A stretch of 64,000 nucleotides of DNA from Promethearchaeota archaeon (GCA_016839555.1 JAEOUA010000001.1:96001-160000), one strand, 5' to 3'. Shown: positions 52,125 to 61,585, counted from the stretch's first letter. The notes: generated by a model not told the origin, from the letters alone. Numbers and translations are program-made.

Positions 52125-53186
52125 TTAATTAGGTTTATCCAAATTAATTTTAATGTTATTTAAATCTTCATCTGATGATATATACCATTTATAGAAACTA
52201 AATTTAGAATTAAAATCCCTCACAGAATTACTAATGTCTTTATTTTTATCTAAATATGTTCTAAGCTTTTTTCGAAAGATAGAGATATTTTTTGATTCTT
52301 TAATATATTTATCTTTAGCTGGTATTAAAATAGCTCCTATGCTCTTTTTATGTGAATTGACTATTGCATACTCCTCAATATACATTACTTTTTTAGTTTT
52401 AAAACTCAGATTAATAGTTCTAAGATTTGGAACTATACCTTGAATATTAAATAATTGCAAGGTATCTTTTATTAATTCTTCATAATAAATGGGTAATGTG
52501 GAAATAATATAATATGAAGGAATTTCTAAACAAATATCTTCACACAATGAATCATCTTTCTCAAATGTATAAAAGATAGAATTTTTTTTAGACTCCTCAA
52601 TATCATTTGATATCAACCCAACACAAAAAAATTTTTGATGCTCAGTTAGATATACTTTTCTGGCAGAACCTAAGTTATATTCCAGTAAATTAACACCTCT
52701 CATTAATTCCTTATTGATGAATTTTAACCTATTAAAATTATGCTTTTTTATTCTTTCATTATAATATTGACCTTGAACTATACTCGGGTGGATATATTTT
52801 GTCAATTTTTCATATAAGGGCTTAATGTCTTCAGTATGAGGTGTACTAATAAATGCTGAAAGATATGTCATTTCCCCATTCATAGAGGGCAAATTAGAAT
52901 TTAATGAAAAAAAAGACTGAAGTTGATCCGCTTTTGAAGTTTCTGTTTGTTTTAAATAAAGAATTGCCTCCACAAAATCGATTCTCCAACTTTCAGATAT
53001 ATTTTCCGCATCTGTCATATATACAGGACCCAAGAATTTGAAAGGAAGTATCTCTAACTCAATCTTTTTAACTTCAGAGATCGGTTTAAAATGATGAATA
53101 TGTTTAAAAATGAGATTGTTCTCATCAGAATAAAATAAGCCTGTTAATCCTGATTTATTTAAATAGTTATTATTCATATTTACCAT
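52125..53186 (-). CDS. Hypothetical protein
   Basis: 353-aa ORF ending 14 bp upstream of the previous gene; no motif recognised. Confidence 0.7.
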   Translation of the reverse strand: MVNMNNNYLNKSGLTGLFYSDENNLIFKHIHHFKPISEVKKIELEILPFKFLGPVYMTDAENISESWRIDFVEAILYLKQTETSKADQLQSFFSLNSNLPSMNGEMTYLSAFISTPHTEDIKPLYEKLTKYIHPSIVQGQYYNERIKKHNFNRLKFINKELMRGVNLLEYNLGSARKVYLTEHQKFFCVGLISNDIEESKKNSIFYTFEKDDSLCEDICLEIPSYYIISTLPIYYEELIKDTLQLFNIQGIVPNLRTINLSFKTKKVMYIEEYAIVNSHKKSIGAILIPAKDKYIKESKNISIFRKKLRTYLDKNKDISNSVRDFNSKFSFYKWYISSDEDLNNIKINLDKPN

Positions 53187-53513
53187 AATATCTTTATATC
53201 CACTTCCCTTAATTCCTAAGGTAAAATAAATAGAGCTTATTATTTAAAAAATAATAGTAATTAAAATTTATCCTAATTCTCTACTATTGTATTATGATTT
53301 ATTTCTATTTATACTTATACTTTTCAAAAGATTCTTCCGAAATTAAGGATGCTCCTTCTTAGAGATTTGTCAAATATAACTCATGAGCACAACAGAACTC
53401 CATTAAGAATAATCATTAATAATATAGGATTTTGAAAAAATATGATAATATTAATCTAGAAGTACAATAATTATTAAAACTTTAAAAACTATAAAAATAA
53501 TAAAAAAAAATTA

Positions 53514-54191
53514 ATGATTGAAATGATTCAATTTATTTTCCTTATATTTTTCTTATTCTTTACGAGTTTACATATTATCATAATTGCATTAAAAAAATCA
53601 AAATTAGAGCCTATCATAGTTGTTATTTTTCCATTTTTGATTTTATATTATCTTTTTGGGGCCCCCCTTTCAGAGGTCGATTGGTTAATCGTTTTTGGCC
53701 TCATATGCGGGTTGCTCGCAAATTTATTTTTCGTGTCTCATGAAAATGAGAGTATGTTTCTTAATGGAATTATAGTGCGTCTTGTGGGAAATTTTTTCTA
53801 TATTCTTTCTTTTACTCAGTCATTTATCAATTTTTCCGGATTTCATTTATGGAAATTATTTTTATTAATTCCAGGAGTTATTATAATTCTATTTACTTAT
53901 ATAAGAATAAAGGGAGAAATGCAGCTGATGCAATTAGCGATGATAATTTATATGGGGGTTATAATGGTTATGTATGTATGCTCAGTATTGAGATTACCTT
54001 CTTCAGCAGGATTAGATTATTGGCTGGTATGGATAGGCACCACTATTTATATGATATCTTCTGGAATAATCGCAATAGACACGTTAGATGAGAAAATACC
54101 ATTTACTGGGGTATATATTTTGTCAACTTACTTTTTAGCGCTGTTTTTGATAGTTCAAGGATACATATTTTATGGAATATCTTCGATTTAA
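53514..54191 (+). CDS. YhhN/lysoplasmalogenase-like membrane protein, degenerate
   Basis: Collinear with the next ORF but lacks its conserved KP, GD, H and SD residues. Confidence 0.7.
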   Translation: MIEMIQFIFLIFFLFFTSLHIIIIALKKSKLEPIIVVIFPFLILYYLFGAPLSEVDWLIVFGLICGLLANLFFVSHENESMFLNGIIVRLVGNFFYILSFTQSFINFSGFHLWKLFLLIPGVIIILFTYIRIKGEMQLMQLAMIIYMGVIMVMYVCSVLRLPSSAGLDYWLVWIGTTIYMISSGIIAIDTLDEKIPFTGVYILSTYFLALFLIVQGYIFYGISSI

Positions 54192-54298
54192 TTTTATTTT
54201 TTAATGTTGCTTAAGGTGTATTTAAATATTATAAGGTCTTATTTAAGATATTATCTGAATTTGATAGAATAAATTAAGATAACTATGGATGATTTTAA

Positions 54299-54964
54299 AT
54301 GATTCAATATATCTTTTTGGCACTCTTTTTTATTGTGTATACTGTGCATGTTTTTAATGAAATAATTGATAAAAAGACAATCCGCTATATCACTAAACCC
54401 CTACTTATGCCGCTTATTATTCTATATTACATTTTTGGAGTAGGATTTCAATCTATATATTGGCTTTTGATAATAGCTCTAGTGTTCGGGTGGTTAGGAG
54501 ACATATTTTTAATGTTGGGTCATGAAGGAAACTGGTTTATGCTAGGACTTGGCTCATTCTTAATTGGACATATTTTCTATATTATCCTTTATCTCCTTAT
54601 CAATGAAAATATTCTCATGTTTCCTCTTTGGGGCTTATTGTTATTGATTCCCTTAATTTTTCTTGCACTTTTCTTTTACTTGAGAATTCATGGCAAAATG
54701 GAAGAACTAACTATTCCAACAATAATTTACATCATTACTATATTCTCAATGAGCGTATGTGCATCATTATTATTGTCAACTTTCAATCTTATTTCATTTC
54801 TATTCGTATATCTAGGGCCTATATTGTTCATGATTTCTGATGGAATGATTGCATTAAATAAATTCAATAAGCCTATACAAGATAGTGGGGTTTATATAAT
54901 GTTCACCTATGGATTGGCCCAATTCTTTATTGCTCAAGGAATTTTATTATCTCAAATCTTATAA
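54299..54964 (+). CDS. Lysoplasmalogenase (YhhN/TMEM86 family)
   Basis: TKPLLMP, WLGDIFL, F-x-LGLGSFLIGHIFY, FMISD, TYGLAQ. Confidence 0.9.
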   Translation: MIQYIFLALFFIVYTVHVFNEIIDKKTIRYITKPLLMPLIILYYIFGVGFQSIYWLLIIALVFGWLGDIFLMLGHEGNWFMLGLGSFLIGHIFYIILYLLINENILMFPLWGLLLLIPLIFLALFFYLRIHGKMEELTIPTIIYIITIFSMSVCASLLLSTFNLISFLFVYLGPILFMISDGMIALNKFNKPIQDSGVYIMFTYGLAQFFIAQGILLSQIL

Positions 54965-55224
54965 CTCTTTTTTTTATTTTTTAATGAACCCTAATTAAAT
55001 AGTTACGAAAGAAATAGACTAATTTAAAACATATATAGTAATTTTTAGAGTTGTTAAAATCGAGAAAGGATATATTTTCATGGCTCTATATTGATAATAT
55101 AGAATACTAAAGTTTAATTGATTCAACTAATTTATAAATAATACAATAATAGTAAAAATTGGAAGATACAAAGAAACTTTAAATAAATACTGCAAAAATA
55201 TAAAAATTCAAACTGATCCCAAAA

Positions 55225-55437
55225 ATGCTTGAAGAAGATGAAAAATTATATGAAGAAATAGAACAGATGACAATTTTTGTTAGAATCTCTGCACCACATA
55301 AATATAAGCAGAAGCATGATTCCCAAAAAATTCTAAATACGTTAAAGGAGCGATTAGAATTCTTAGAAACCCTCCAAGAAGAAATAAATACATTAGAAGC
55401 ACAAATACAAGATTTAAAAGTGTCTAAGAAAACCTAA
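55225..55437 (+). CDS. Small hypothetical coiled-coil protein (possibly 5'-truncated)
   Basis: 70-aa ORF with a C-terminal heptad pattern. Confidence 0.45.
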   Translation: MLEEDEKLYEEIEQMTIFVRISAPHKYKQKHDSQKILNTLKERLEFLETLQEEINTLEAQIQDLKVSKKT

Positions 55438-55494
55438 GTGCTAAAATATTCTATTATTTTTAAAAATCCTTAATATACATTATATTCAAATTAA

Positions 55495-55597
55495 GCCTCT
55501 GTAGCTCAGTCGGTAGAGCGTTGCCTTGGTAATATCTGAGATTACTCTCAGATAAGCAATTAGGCAAAGGTCGCGGGATCATGTCCCGCCAGGGGCT
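55495..55597 (+). tRNA. tRNA-Thr(GGU) with 30-nt intron at 37/38 (55532-55561)
   Basis: Acceptor GCCTCTG/CAGGGGC plus U73; D-arm GCTC/GAGC; anticodon stem TTGCC/GGCAA with GGT at 55528-55530; intron hairpin ATCTGAGA/TCTCAGAT; T-stem GCGGG/CCCGC. Confidence 0.92.
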
Positions 55598-55636
55598 CTC
55601 TTTTATTAAATCTATAGAGAATATATTCAATATGAA

Positions 55637-56395
55637 TTATATTTCCAATTTTATTAAATCTTTTCCGATTATAATATCATTTTTAAATATATTTTCTGCT
55701 TGTTGTTTCATTATAGGAATTTGATTTTCAAAAACCGGTGAAATATGAACTAATATGAGTTTTTTAGAATTAGATTTTTTTGCAATCGTCGCTGCATCAG
55801 AAGAAGTACAATGACCATGTTTATGAGCAAATCGCTGAAGTTTATCCGGAAAAGTAGCCTCACATATTAGTATATCTGAGCCTTTTGCTAAATTTATAAT
55901 CTTTTGATTTGGTTTTGTATCGCCTGTATATGTTATGACCGACTTACTATCTTTAATTCGATATGCATAGGCGGGAAATATATGCTCTACTTTTATTGAT
56001 CTGATGGTATAATTAGTGTTTATCTCTTGAATTTTTTCCGAATCTTCCAATTCAGTATATTGAATTCTAAGACTTCCCAATTTTTCTGGAGTATGAGCAA
56101 GTTTCAATATTAATTTGATAGTGTTTTCAGTATTTGGAGGACCTATAATTTGCAATTTTTTTGATATCCCACTAATCCAATAATACCAAATAAGGGAGAT
56201 AATTCCCATAAAATGATCATTATGTAAATGAGTTAGACAAATGATTTCGATAGAATCAATCACTCCTAACTGTTGTAGTTTCTGAGTAGTTCCTTCTCCA
56301 CAATCCAGCAATAAATCATCATTAATAAGGAATGCGGGATACGACCTTGATTTCGAAATGATGGAGCCTGATGTTCCGATTAATATTAACCTCAT
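55637..56395 (-). CDS. rnz: Ribonuclease Z (MBL fold)
   Basis: IGTSG, DCGEGT, THLHNDH, YTGDT, EATF, HCT, LVHISP; lies between two tRNA genes. Confidence 0.8.
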   Translation of the reverse strand: MRLILIGTSGSIISKSRSYPAFLINDDLLLDCGEGTTQKLQQLGVIDSIEIICLTHLHNDHFMGIISLIWYYWISGISKKLQIIGPPNTENTIKLILKLAHTPEKLGSLRIQYTELEDSEKIQEINTNYTIRSIKVEHIFPAYAYRIKDSKSVITYTGDTKPNQKIINLAKGSDILICEATFPDKLQRFAHKHGHCTSSDAATIAKKSNSKKLILVHISPVFENQIPIMKQQAENIFKNDIIIGKDLIKLEI

Positions 56396-56544
56396 TTTAA
56401 GTTCAGATAATAATTTAAGAAACGTTCTCTCTACTTTAAGAAAATTAAGATATAACTTATTTTTAACTGATTATCTTAATTTGAGATATAAAATTATTAA
56501 AAGAAATTAATAAATAAAATATAAAAAAAAATATCAAAAAAAAA

Positions 56545-56892
56545 TTAAATAAAAGATTTTTTCGACTTCCAAGTTAATATTATTACACCTATTCCAAAAC
56601 TAGTTAGTAGTAGGAATATGCCATAACCGGGAATTTGTTCTGACGAGGTGGATGGAAGAAACAGAGGGAATGAAAAGGCATTTGTGGTACCGGGTTGAAT
56701 CGATAACACAGTCGCATAGATACCATATCCACTGAGGTCTTGTAAATTACTTTCCCATGTAACGGCGAAAGTATTGTTGGAGAGTGCGCATATGGAAGGA
56801 TGCTATTGATTGTTTGTCCAATATTTGTTCACCCGAAATTCCGCTGTGATTTTTTTTAAATTATGTTTAACGATATTTTCAAATCCTATCAC
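56545..56892 (-). pseudogene. Remnant of a surface protein with Loki-CTERM-type sorting signal
   Basis: Not in the ORF track. (M)IGFENIVKHNLKKITAEFRVNKYWTNNQ*HPSICALSNNTFAVTWESNLQDLSGYGIYA...EQIPGYGIFLLLTSFGIGVIILTWKSKKSFI; TAG at 56803-56805. Confidence 0.7.
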
Positions 56893-57045
56893 AAATTACA
56901 TAATTTATATTTTATTTAGCATTAACTTTTAATAATCAGTGTAATTCTAAACCTATTTTAAGTTATGATTAAATAGTATAAAATAATAAAAAATAAGAAT
57001 AATCTTTCTTAATCTAAAATAGAGGTTTAGTATAATAATACCTGA

Positions 57046-57175
57046 GCCGGCGTGGCTTAGCTGGTTATAAAGCGCCTTCAAGCTTGGCTACAGCGCCAGA
57101 CTCATAATCCTACTGAAATAATGGGTCAGACTGGATGTAATCTGGAGGTCGTGGGCTCGTATCCCACCGCCGGCA
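57046..57175 (+). tRNA. tRNA-Met(CAU), elongator-type, with two introns (22/23: 57069-57091; 37/38: 57107-57139)
   Basis: Acceptor GCCGGCG/CGCCGGC plus A73; anticodon stem CCAGA/TCTGG with CAT at 57103-57105. Removing both inserts gives a 74-nt cloverleaf GCCGGCGTGGCTTAGCTGGTTATAGCGCCAGACTCATAATCTGG... Confidence 0.9.
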
Positions 57176-57200
57176 TTTTTTTATTTCAATCATTTTTCTT
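57176..57200 (+). terminator. Oligo-T tract after tRNA-Met
   Basis: TTTTTTT immediately after the discriminator base, followed by further T runs. Confidence 0.4.
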
Positions 57201-57288
57201 GCTTTTTTATCCAAATATTTATCTTATTTAGAATAATAAATGTCAAATAAGAAAATCTAATTAAAAACAAATGCTTTCTAATTGAGCA

Positions 57289-57573
57289 TTAAAGTTCTTT
57301 AGAAAAATGAGAATTTTCTGTGGATGGTCCATAATCATTTGAGACTCCCTTGATTTGAATGATTTGTTTCACAAAATGAACTCTCTCAAATACATAGGCA
57401 GTTTTCCAAATAAAATAAGTTTTAATCTTTCTCGCTTGGATATCAGTTAACCATTTTTTATAGCATTTTTTTGAGCAAAACCATAATGCATCCTCGGAAA
57501 GTGCTACATTATGATGAACAACCTTTCGAATATTTTTTCTGGAAACAAGCTGCTTACAATATTCACAATACAT
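57289..57573 (-). CDS. Small TRASH/MYM-like zinc-finger protein
   Basis: CEYC...WFCSKKC. Confidence 0.6.
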   Translation of the reverse strand: MYCEYCKQLVSRKNIRKVVHHNVALSEDALWFCSKKCYKKWLTDIQARKIKTYFIWKTAYVFERVHFVKQIIQIKGVSNDYGPSTENSHFSKEL

Positions 57574-57755
57574 CCTAAATTTTAACTTATTATACAGATT
57601 TTTTAGTGACTTAATATATCATTTTGCAAACTTATATAAACAAAAAATATTTATGAAAGTTCATCTGCATTTCATATTTAAAAAATCGCATTAGAGTCTT
57701 TTTTCTTTGTAAAAGTAGCATTAATTTTTAAAAAAATAAGGAATGTGCCAAAAAA

Positions 57756-58574
57756 TCAGTTTTTTTGATTATTTTTTACGATCGTGCCACCCGCTCTTTT
57801 TTCAGCTTTTTTTTTAAATTTTAATTGAAATCCAGGTGTGTAATTCATGTATTTTGGAATTGGATATCTTAGTCCTGCTTTATGAGTTGCTTCTAATCCT
57901 TCTAAAACGAGATTTATTTTATCATTAGGGATTGAAATTAAGAGTTCGTTATCTTCCGCCCCACCCCATACACGATCTCCATTTCCTAGAATTATTAATT
58001 GAGGTTCTTTAAGTTGAAATGGTTTGATTACGCCCTCATGGCAAGATCCCATTCTTCCAGCAGCACTAAATGACATAACGCCCCCTTTCATATATAAATA
58101 TGCTTGAATAAAGCGCATAGCCTGCGCTGGATTGCAATAAATTTGAATAACATCAGGGATGATTTTCGTTCTTGTTAATGGGGATATTACCAAACCAATA
58201 TATCCTTTAGGAAGTATATACAAACACTTATCTAATTTTTTCGAAGTCTCAAAATCCTTTGAATAGAGTCCTATATTAAATTGATGCCCCCATTTAGCTG
58301 TTTCCTCTGAAATTAAATCCCAAGAATAAACAATTCTCGCTAATTTACATGCGATATCTTCTTCTGTTATCGCTATAGTCCAACCATAAGATCTTGCCAT
58401 TCGAAAATTTTGACACACGAAATTTTGTAATTTTAAATCTCTTTTTGGTCTTTTTGCGGTTTTAGGAATTTCTGATTCATTTTGTATTAATTTTATGGCA
58501 AGAGGAAAAGTTTCGGGTCTAATATATTTCTCTATTTTTTTTCCATATTCTTTATAAATATTTAATTTTTCCAT
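57756..58574 (-). CDS. DUF169 family protein
   Basis: PLAIKL, FVCQ-x4-AR, IAC, PDVI-x2-YCNPAQAM, SC, GDRVWGG..D.EL. Confidence 0.85.
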   Translation of the reverse strand: MEKLNIYKEYGKKIEKYIRPETFPLAIKLIQNESEIPKTAKRPKRDLKLQNFVCQNFRMARSYGWTIAITEEDIACKLARIVYSWDLISEETAKWGHQFNIGLYSKDFETSKKLDKCLYILPKGYIGLVISPLTRTKIIPDVIQIYCNPAQAMRFIQAYLYMKGGVMSFSAAGRMGSCHEGVIKPFQLKEPQLIILGNGDRVWGGAEDNELLISIPNDKINLVLEGLEATHKAGLRYPIPKYMNYTPGFQLKFKKKAEKRAGGTIVKNNQKN

Positions 58575-58634
58575 TGGAGATATAATTTTAATTATTCTTT
58601 TAATGAAAATAGGTGAATTTTATATTAAAAAGAA

Positions 58635-60212
58635 TTGCTTATTATATTTATGGAACGATTAAATTCCGAAAAAATTTCTTCCGAACAAATGGCAATATTA
58701 GATAATAATGCTGAGTGGCTTGGACTTCCAAAAGGGTATCTTATGGAATGCGCTGGTTATTCTTTTGCGACTGAAATTGTTAAGCGATATGATTTAAATG
58801 AAAATTCAAAAGTTTTAATATTCTGTGGAACGGGAAATAACGGTGGGGATGGTTTTGTTGTTGCTCGCCATTTGTCTTCATTCCATGTTAAATCAAAAGT
58901 TATATTATTAGGAAATCCAATGAAAATCAGAAGTGAGGAAGCAAATTTAAACTGGAATATTATTTCGAATTCTTTAACCTACATGATTGAAACTTCAATT
59001 ATTAATGACTCCACAGATATAGTTAATCTTGGAATATTAATTGACAAAGAACGCCCCGATTATAAATTAATTATTGATGGGTTATTAGGTACAGGTATTA
59101 GAGGAAAAGTCAGAGAACCGGTTGCAACTGCTATAGATTTTATAAATGAAGTGCGAACGCACCAAAAAATTCCCGTAGCGTCTATTGATGTTCCTTCTGG
59201 ACTAGATCCCGATACGGGAGAAGCTGCTGATAAAGCAGTGAAAGCAGATTTGGTAATAACTTTTCATAGAAATAAAAAGGGAATGAAAGTTGATAATGAA
59301 TATATTTCCGAGATTATAGTAAAACCAATTGGCATCCCCACAGAAGCGAAATTATTTCTGGGCAGAGGAGATTTTCTTAACGCATTAAAATATCGAAAGA
59401 AAGATTTTCATAAAGGACAATTTGGGAGGATGCTTGTTATTGGAGGATCTAAAAACTATTCGGGCGCTCCTGCCTTTTCTTCTCTAACAGGAATTAAATT
59501 TGGGCTTGATTTAGTAATAACCTATACTCCTCAAGTAATTGCTGATGTATTAAGATCATATTCTCCAAACATGATTGTACGTTCATATAAAGGAGATTGG
59601 TTAAATATGGATTCATTTGAAGAAATTGCATGGTTAATTGATTGGGCAAATGCGATCCTAATTGGTCCTGGAATGGGAGAAAAACCAGAGACAGAGGAAT
59701 TATTAGTTAATCTCTTAAAAAAGATTAAGGCAGAGCAAAAAAGTTTTGTACTTGATGCTGATGCGCTTAAATTAGTAAAAAATCATTTAAATTTATTAAA
59801 AGGGCAATCATGCATTTTAACTCCTCATGAAGGAGAGTTTAAAATAATGACAGAGATAGATCTTCCCCCATATGAGCAGATCAAAAAAAGAGGAAATAAA
59901 ATTTCTGAAATTGCAAAAGATTTAGAATTAACACTTTTAGTGAAAGGTCCTTATGATTATATAACCAATGGAACGATTCTAAAAATAAATAGAACCGGAT
60001 GTCCTGAAATGGCAGTAGGAGGAACAGGTGATGTTCTAGCTGGGTTGTGTAGTGCCTTTTTAGCTACGGAAAATTCTCCATATTTGTCTGCTTGTTCCGC
60101 AGCCTTTCTAAATGGTTATCTTGGAGAATATTGTAAGGAAAAAATAGGACCTAGATTCAATGCATTAGACATGGTTTATAATCTTAATGATGCAATTCTA
60201 AAGCTAAGATAA
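58635..60212 (+). CDS. nnr: Bifunctional NAD(P)H-hydrate epimerase/dehydratase
   Basis: LMECAG, GNNGGDG, DGLLGTG, DVPSG (YjeF-N); HKG, GGS-x2-YSGA, GPGMG, DADA, TPHEGEF, GGTGDVLAG (YjeF-C). Confidence 0.95.
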   Translation: MLIIFMERLNSEKISSEQMAILDNNAEWLGLPKGYLMECAGYSFATEIVKRYDLNENSKVLIFCGTGNNGGDGFVVARHLSSFHVKSKVILLGNPMKIRSEEANLNWNIISNSLTYMIETSIINDSTDIVNLGILIDKERPDYKLIIDGLLGTGIRGKVREPVATAIDFINEVRTHQKIPVASIDVPSGLDPDTGEAADKAVKADLVITFHRNKKGMKVDNEYISEIIVKPIGIPTEAKLFLGRGDFLNALKYRKKDFHKGQFGRMLVIGGSKNYSGAPAFSSLTGIKFGLDLVITYTPQVIADVLRSYSPNMIVRSYKGDWLNMDSFEEIAWLIDWANAILIGPGMGEKPETEELLVNLLKKIKAEQKSFVLDADALKLVKNHLNLLKGQSCILTPHEGEFKIMTEIDLPPYEQIKKRGNKISEIAKDLELTLLVKGPYDYITNGTILKINRTGCPEMAVGGTGDVLAGLCSAFLATENSPYLSACSAAFLNGYLGEYCKEKIGPRFNALDMVYNLNDAILKLR

Positions 60213-60378
60213 TTTTTCTTTTTACTACATTTTTAATCTAAGAGTATATTATTGATTTAAGTATTAAGGATACTTTTTTATATTAGAAGTCTATTATTTA
60301 TTTATTAGAGTTTTTATAATTTTATCATTTTAAAATAGAATATATTAATATTAAGTATTAAGAATAAAATTCAAGAAA

Positions 60379-61176
60379 ATGCAGGTATTTAAGATAAATG
60401 ACGATGGAACAACCACAGAACTAAAATCTAAAGGTCCAGTAAAAGATATTCTAGAAGAATCAGAATGTTATGTGCTTGTTGCAGACGGAATAAAAAAAGT
60501 ATATCTCTGGAAAGGACAGCAAAGTAGCGTTCGAAAAAAATTCATTGGTGCAAAAAGATCTCAGGAAATACGAGGACAAGTTGGCATGCATTACGCAGTC
60601 ACACCATTAGATCAAGGGGATGAGGATCTTGAATTTATTAAGCTTATTGGAGGCAAAACTACCGAAGGAATAGCTAAGGGTATTGATGAAAGCGACTTGG
60701 ATGAAAGGGCTACTGCTCCTATATCGAAATCTTCCTCTCCGCCAAGGATTAGCAGCTCCGGCGGAAATCAAGGACCTTTATACAGAGGAGCAGGATCTAT
60801 GCAAACCTTCACTGCAGATCAAACACAAATAGATTTTGAGAAAATTATGGAAAAATTAGACGAATCTGAATTGCCTCCTGGATTTGAAAGAGAATTAATT
60901 ATCATAGGCAACCATGCATATTCCGTAGTTGAAAAGGTCCAAACATTTTTAGGCAAAAAGCAAGTGGAAAAAGTGATGGAAAAAGTAGGAACTATCCCAG
61001 AGGGAATATTTTTTGCAAAGGATTATACACCAAGAATTTTCTCTGAAAATGGAAAAATAATGGCAATTGAATTTTTAAAACAAGTAGGGGGCGGTGCTAA
61101 TCCTTCGAAACAAATAAATAGAAAAAAAACGCTTGATGATCAAATAAAAAGCCAACTCATCAAGAAAAAGAAATAA
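60379..61176 (+). CDS. Asgard gelsolin-domain protein with additional C-terminal domain
   Basis: L-x-ESECYVLV...KVYLWKG-x2-SSVRKKF-x-GA...DQGDED-x-EF gelsolin fold; S/P/G-rich linker; second domain LPPGFERELIIIG. Confidence 0.85.
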   Translation: MQVFKINDDGTTTELKSKGPVKDILEESECYVLVADGIKKVYLWKGQQSSVRKKFIGAKRSQEIRGQVGMHYAVTPLDQGDEDLEFIKLIGGKTTEGIAKGIDESDLDERATAPISKSSSPPRISSSGGNQGPLYRGAGSMQTFTADQTQIDFEKIMEKLDESELPPGFERELIIIGNHAYSVVEKVQTFLGKKQVEKVMEKVGTIPEGIFFAKDYTPRIFSENGKIMAIEFLKQVGGGANPSKQINRKKTLDDQIKSQLIKKKK

Positions 61177-61195
61177 ATGATCTGTGAGGTTCATT

Positions 61196-61585
61196 ATGTC
61201 TTTAACACCTGAAGAAGCAGAAGGCTTATCGAAGTTTTTAGGGAGTATCACAGAGCATTCTGAATTAGAGGCATTAGCATTAATTACTCGTGAGGGGTTG
61301 AGATTAGCTTTTTCTTCTGTACCTGGATATAATATTGATCCCGATTTATTTTCAAGCTTAAGTGCAGTGGTAGTCCAGTCGAGCACTGATGCCATTTCTA
61401 CTTTAGGTTATCATGACATGCTTGAAACCATTATACGCGGTGAAAATGCTTTCATTATCTTGAGTGATGCCGGAAGATTTTTATTAATGGGAGCTAGCCG
61501 CAAAATAGAAGACCTCGGGAAAATCGTATCAGTATTTCGCTATTATTCCGGTGAGATTCGTAAAAGATATCCTAAAATCGAATAA
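61196..61585 (+). CDS. Roadblock/LC7 protein
   Basis: EALALITREGL...DLFSSLSAVV...IIRGENAFIIL...DLG. ATG 61196 follows SD-like GTGAGGT (the track starts at 61184). Confidence 0.85.
   Translation: MSLTPEEAEGLSKFLGSITEHSELEALALITREGLRLAFSSVPGYNIDPDLFSSLSAVVVQSSTDAISTLGYHDMLETIIRGENAFIILSDAGRFLLMGASRKIEDLGKIVSVFRYYSGEIRKRYPKIE

Noticed and set aside
57046-57175. CAU tRNA as initiator Met or Ile2
   Set aside because: Has G1-C72 and lacks the three consecutive G-C anticodon-stem pairs of initiators; the sequence pattern resembles archaeal elongator Met. Ile2 cannot be formally excluded without a model search.
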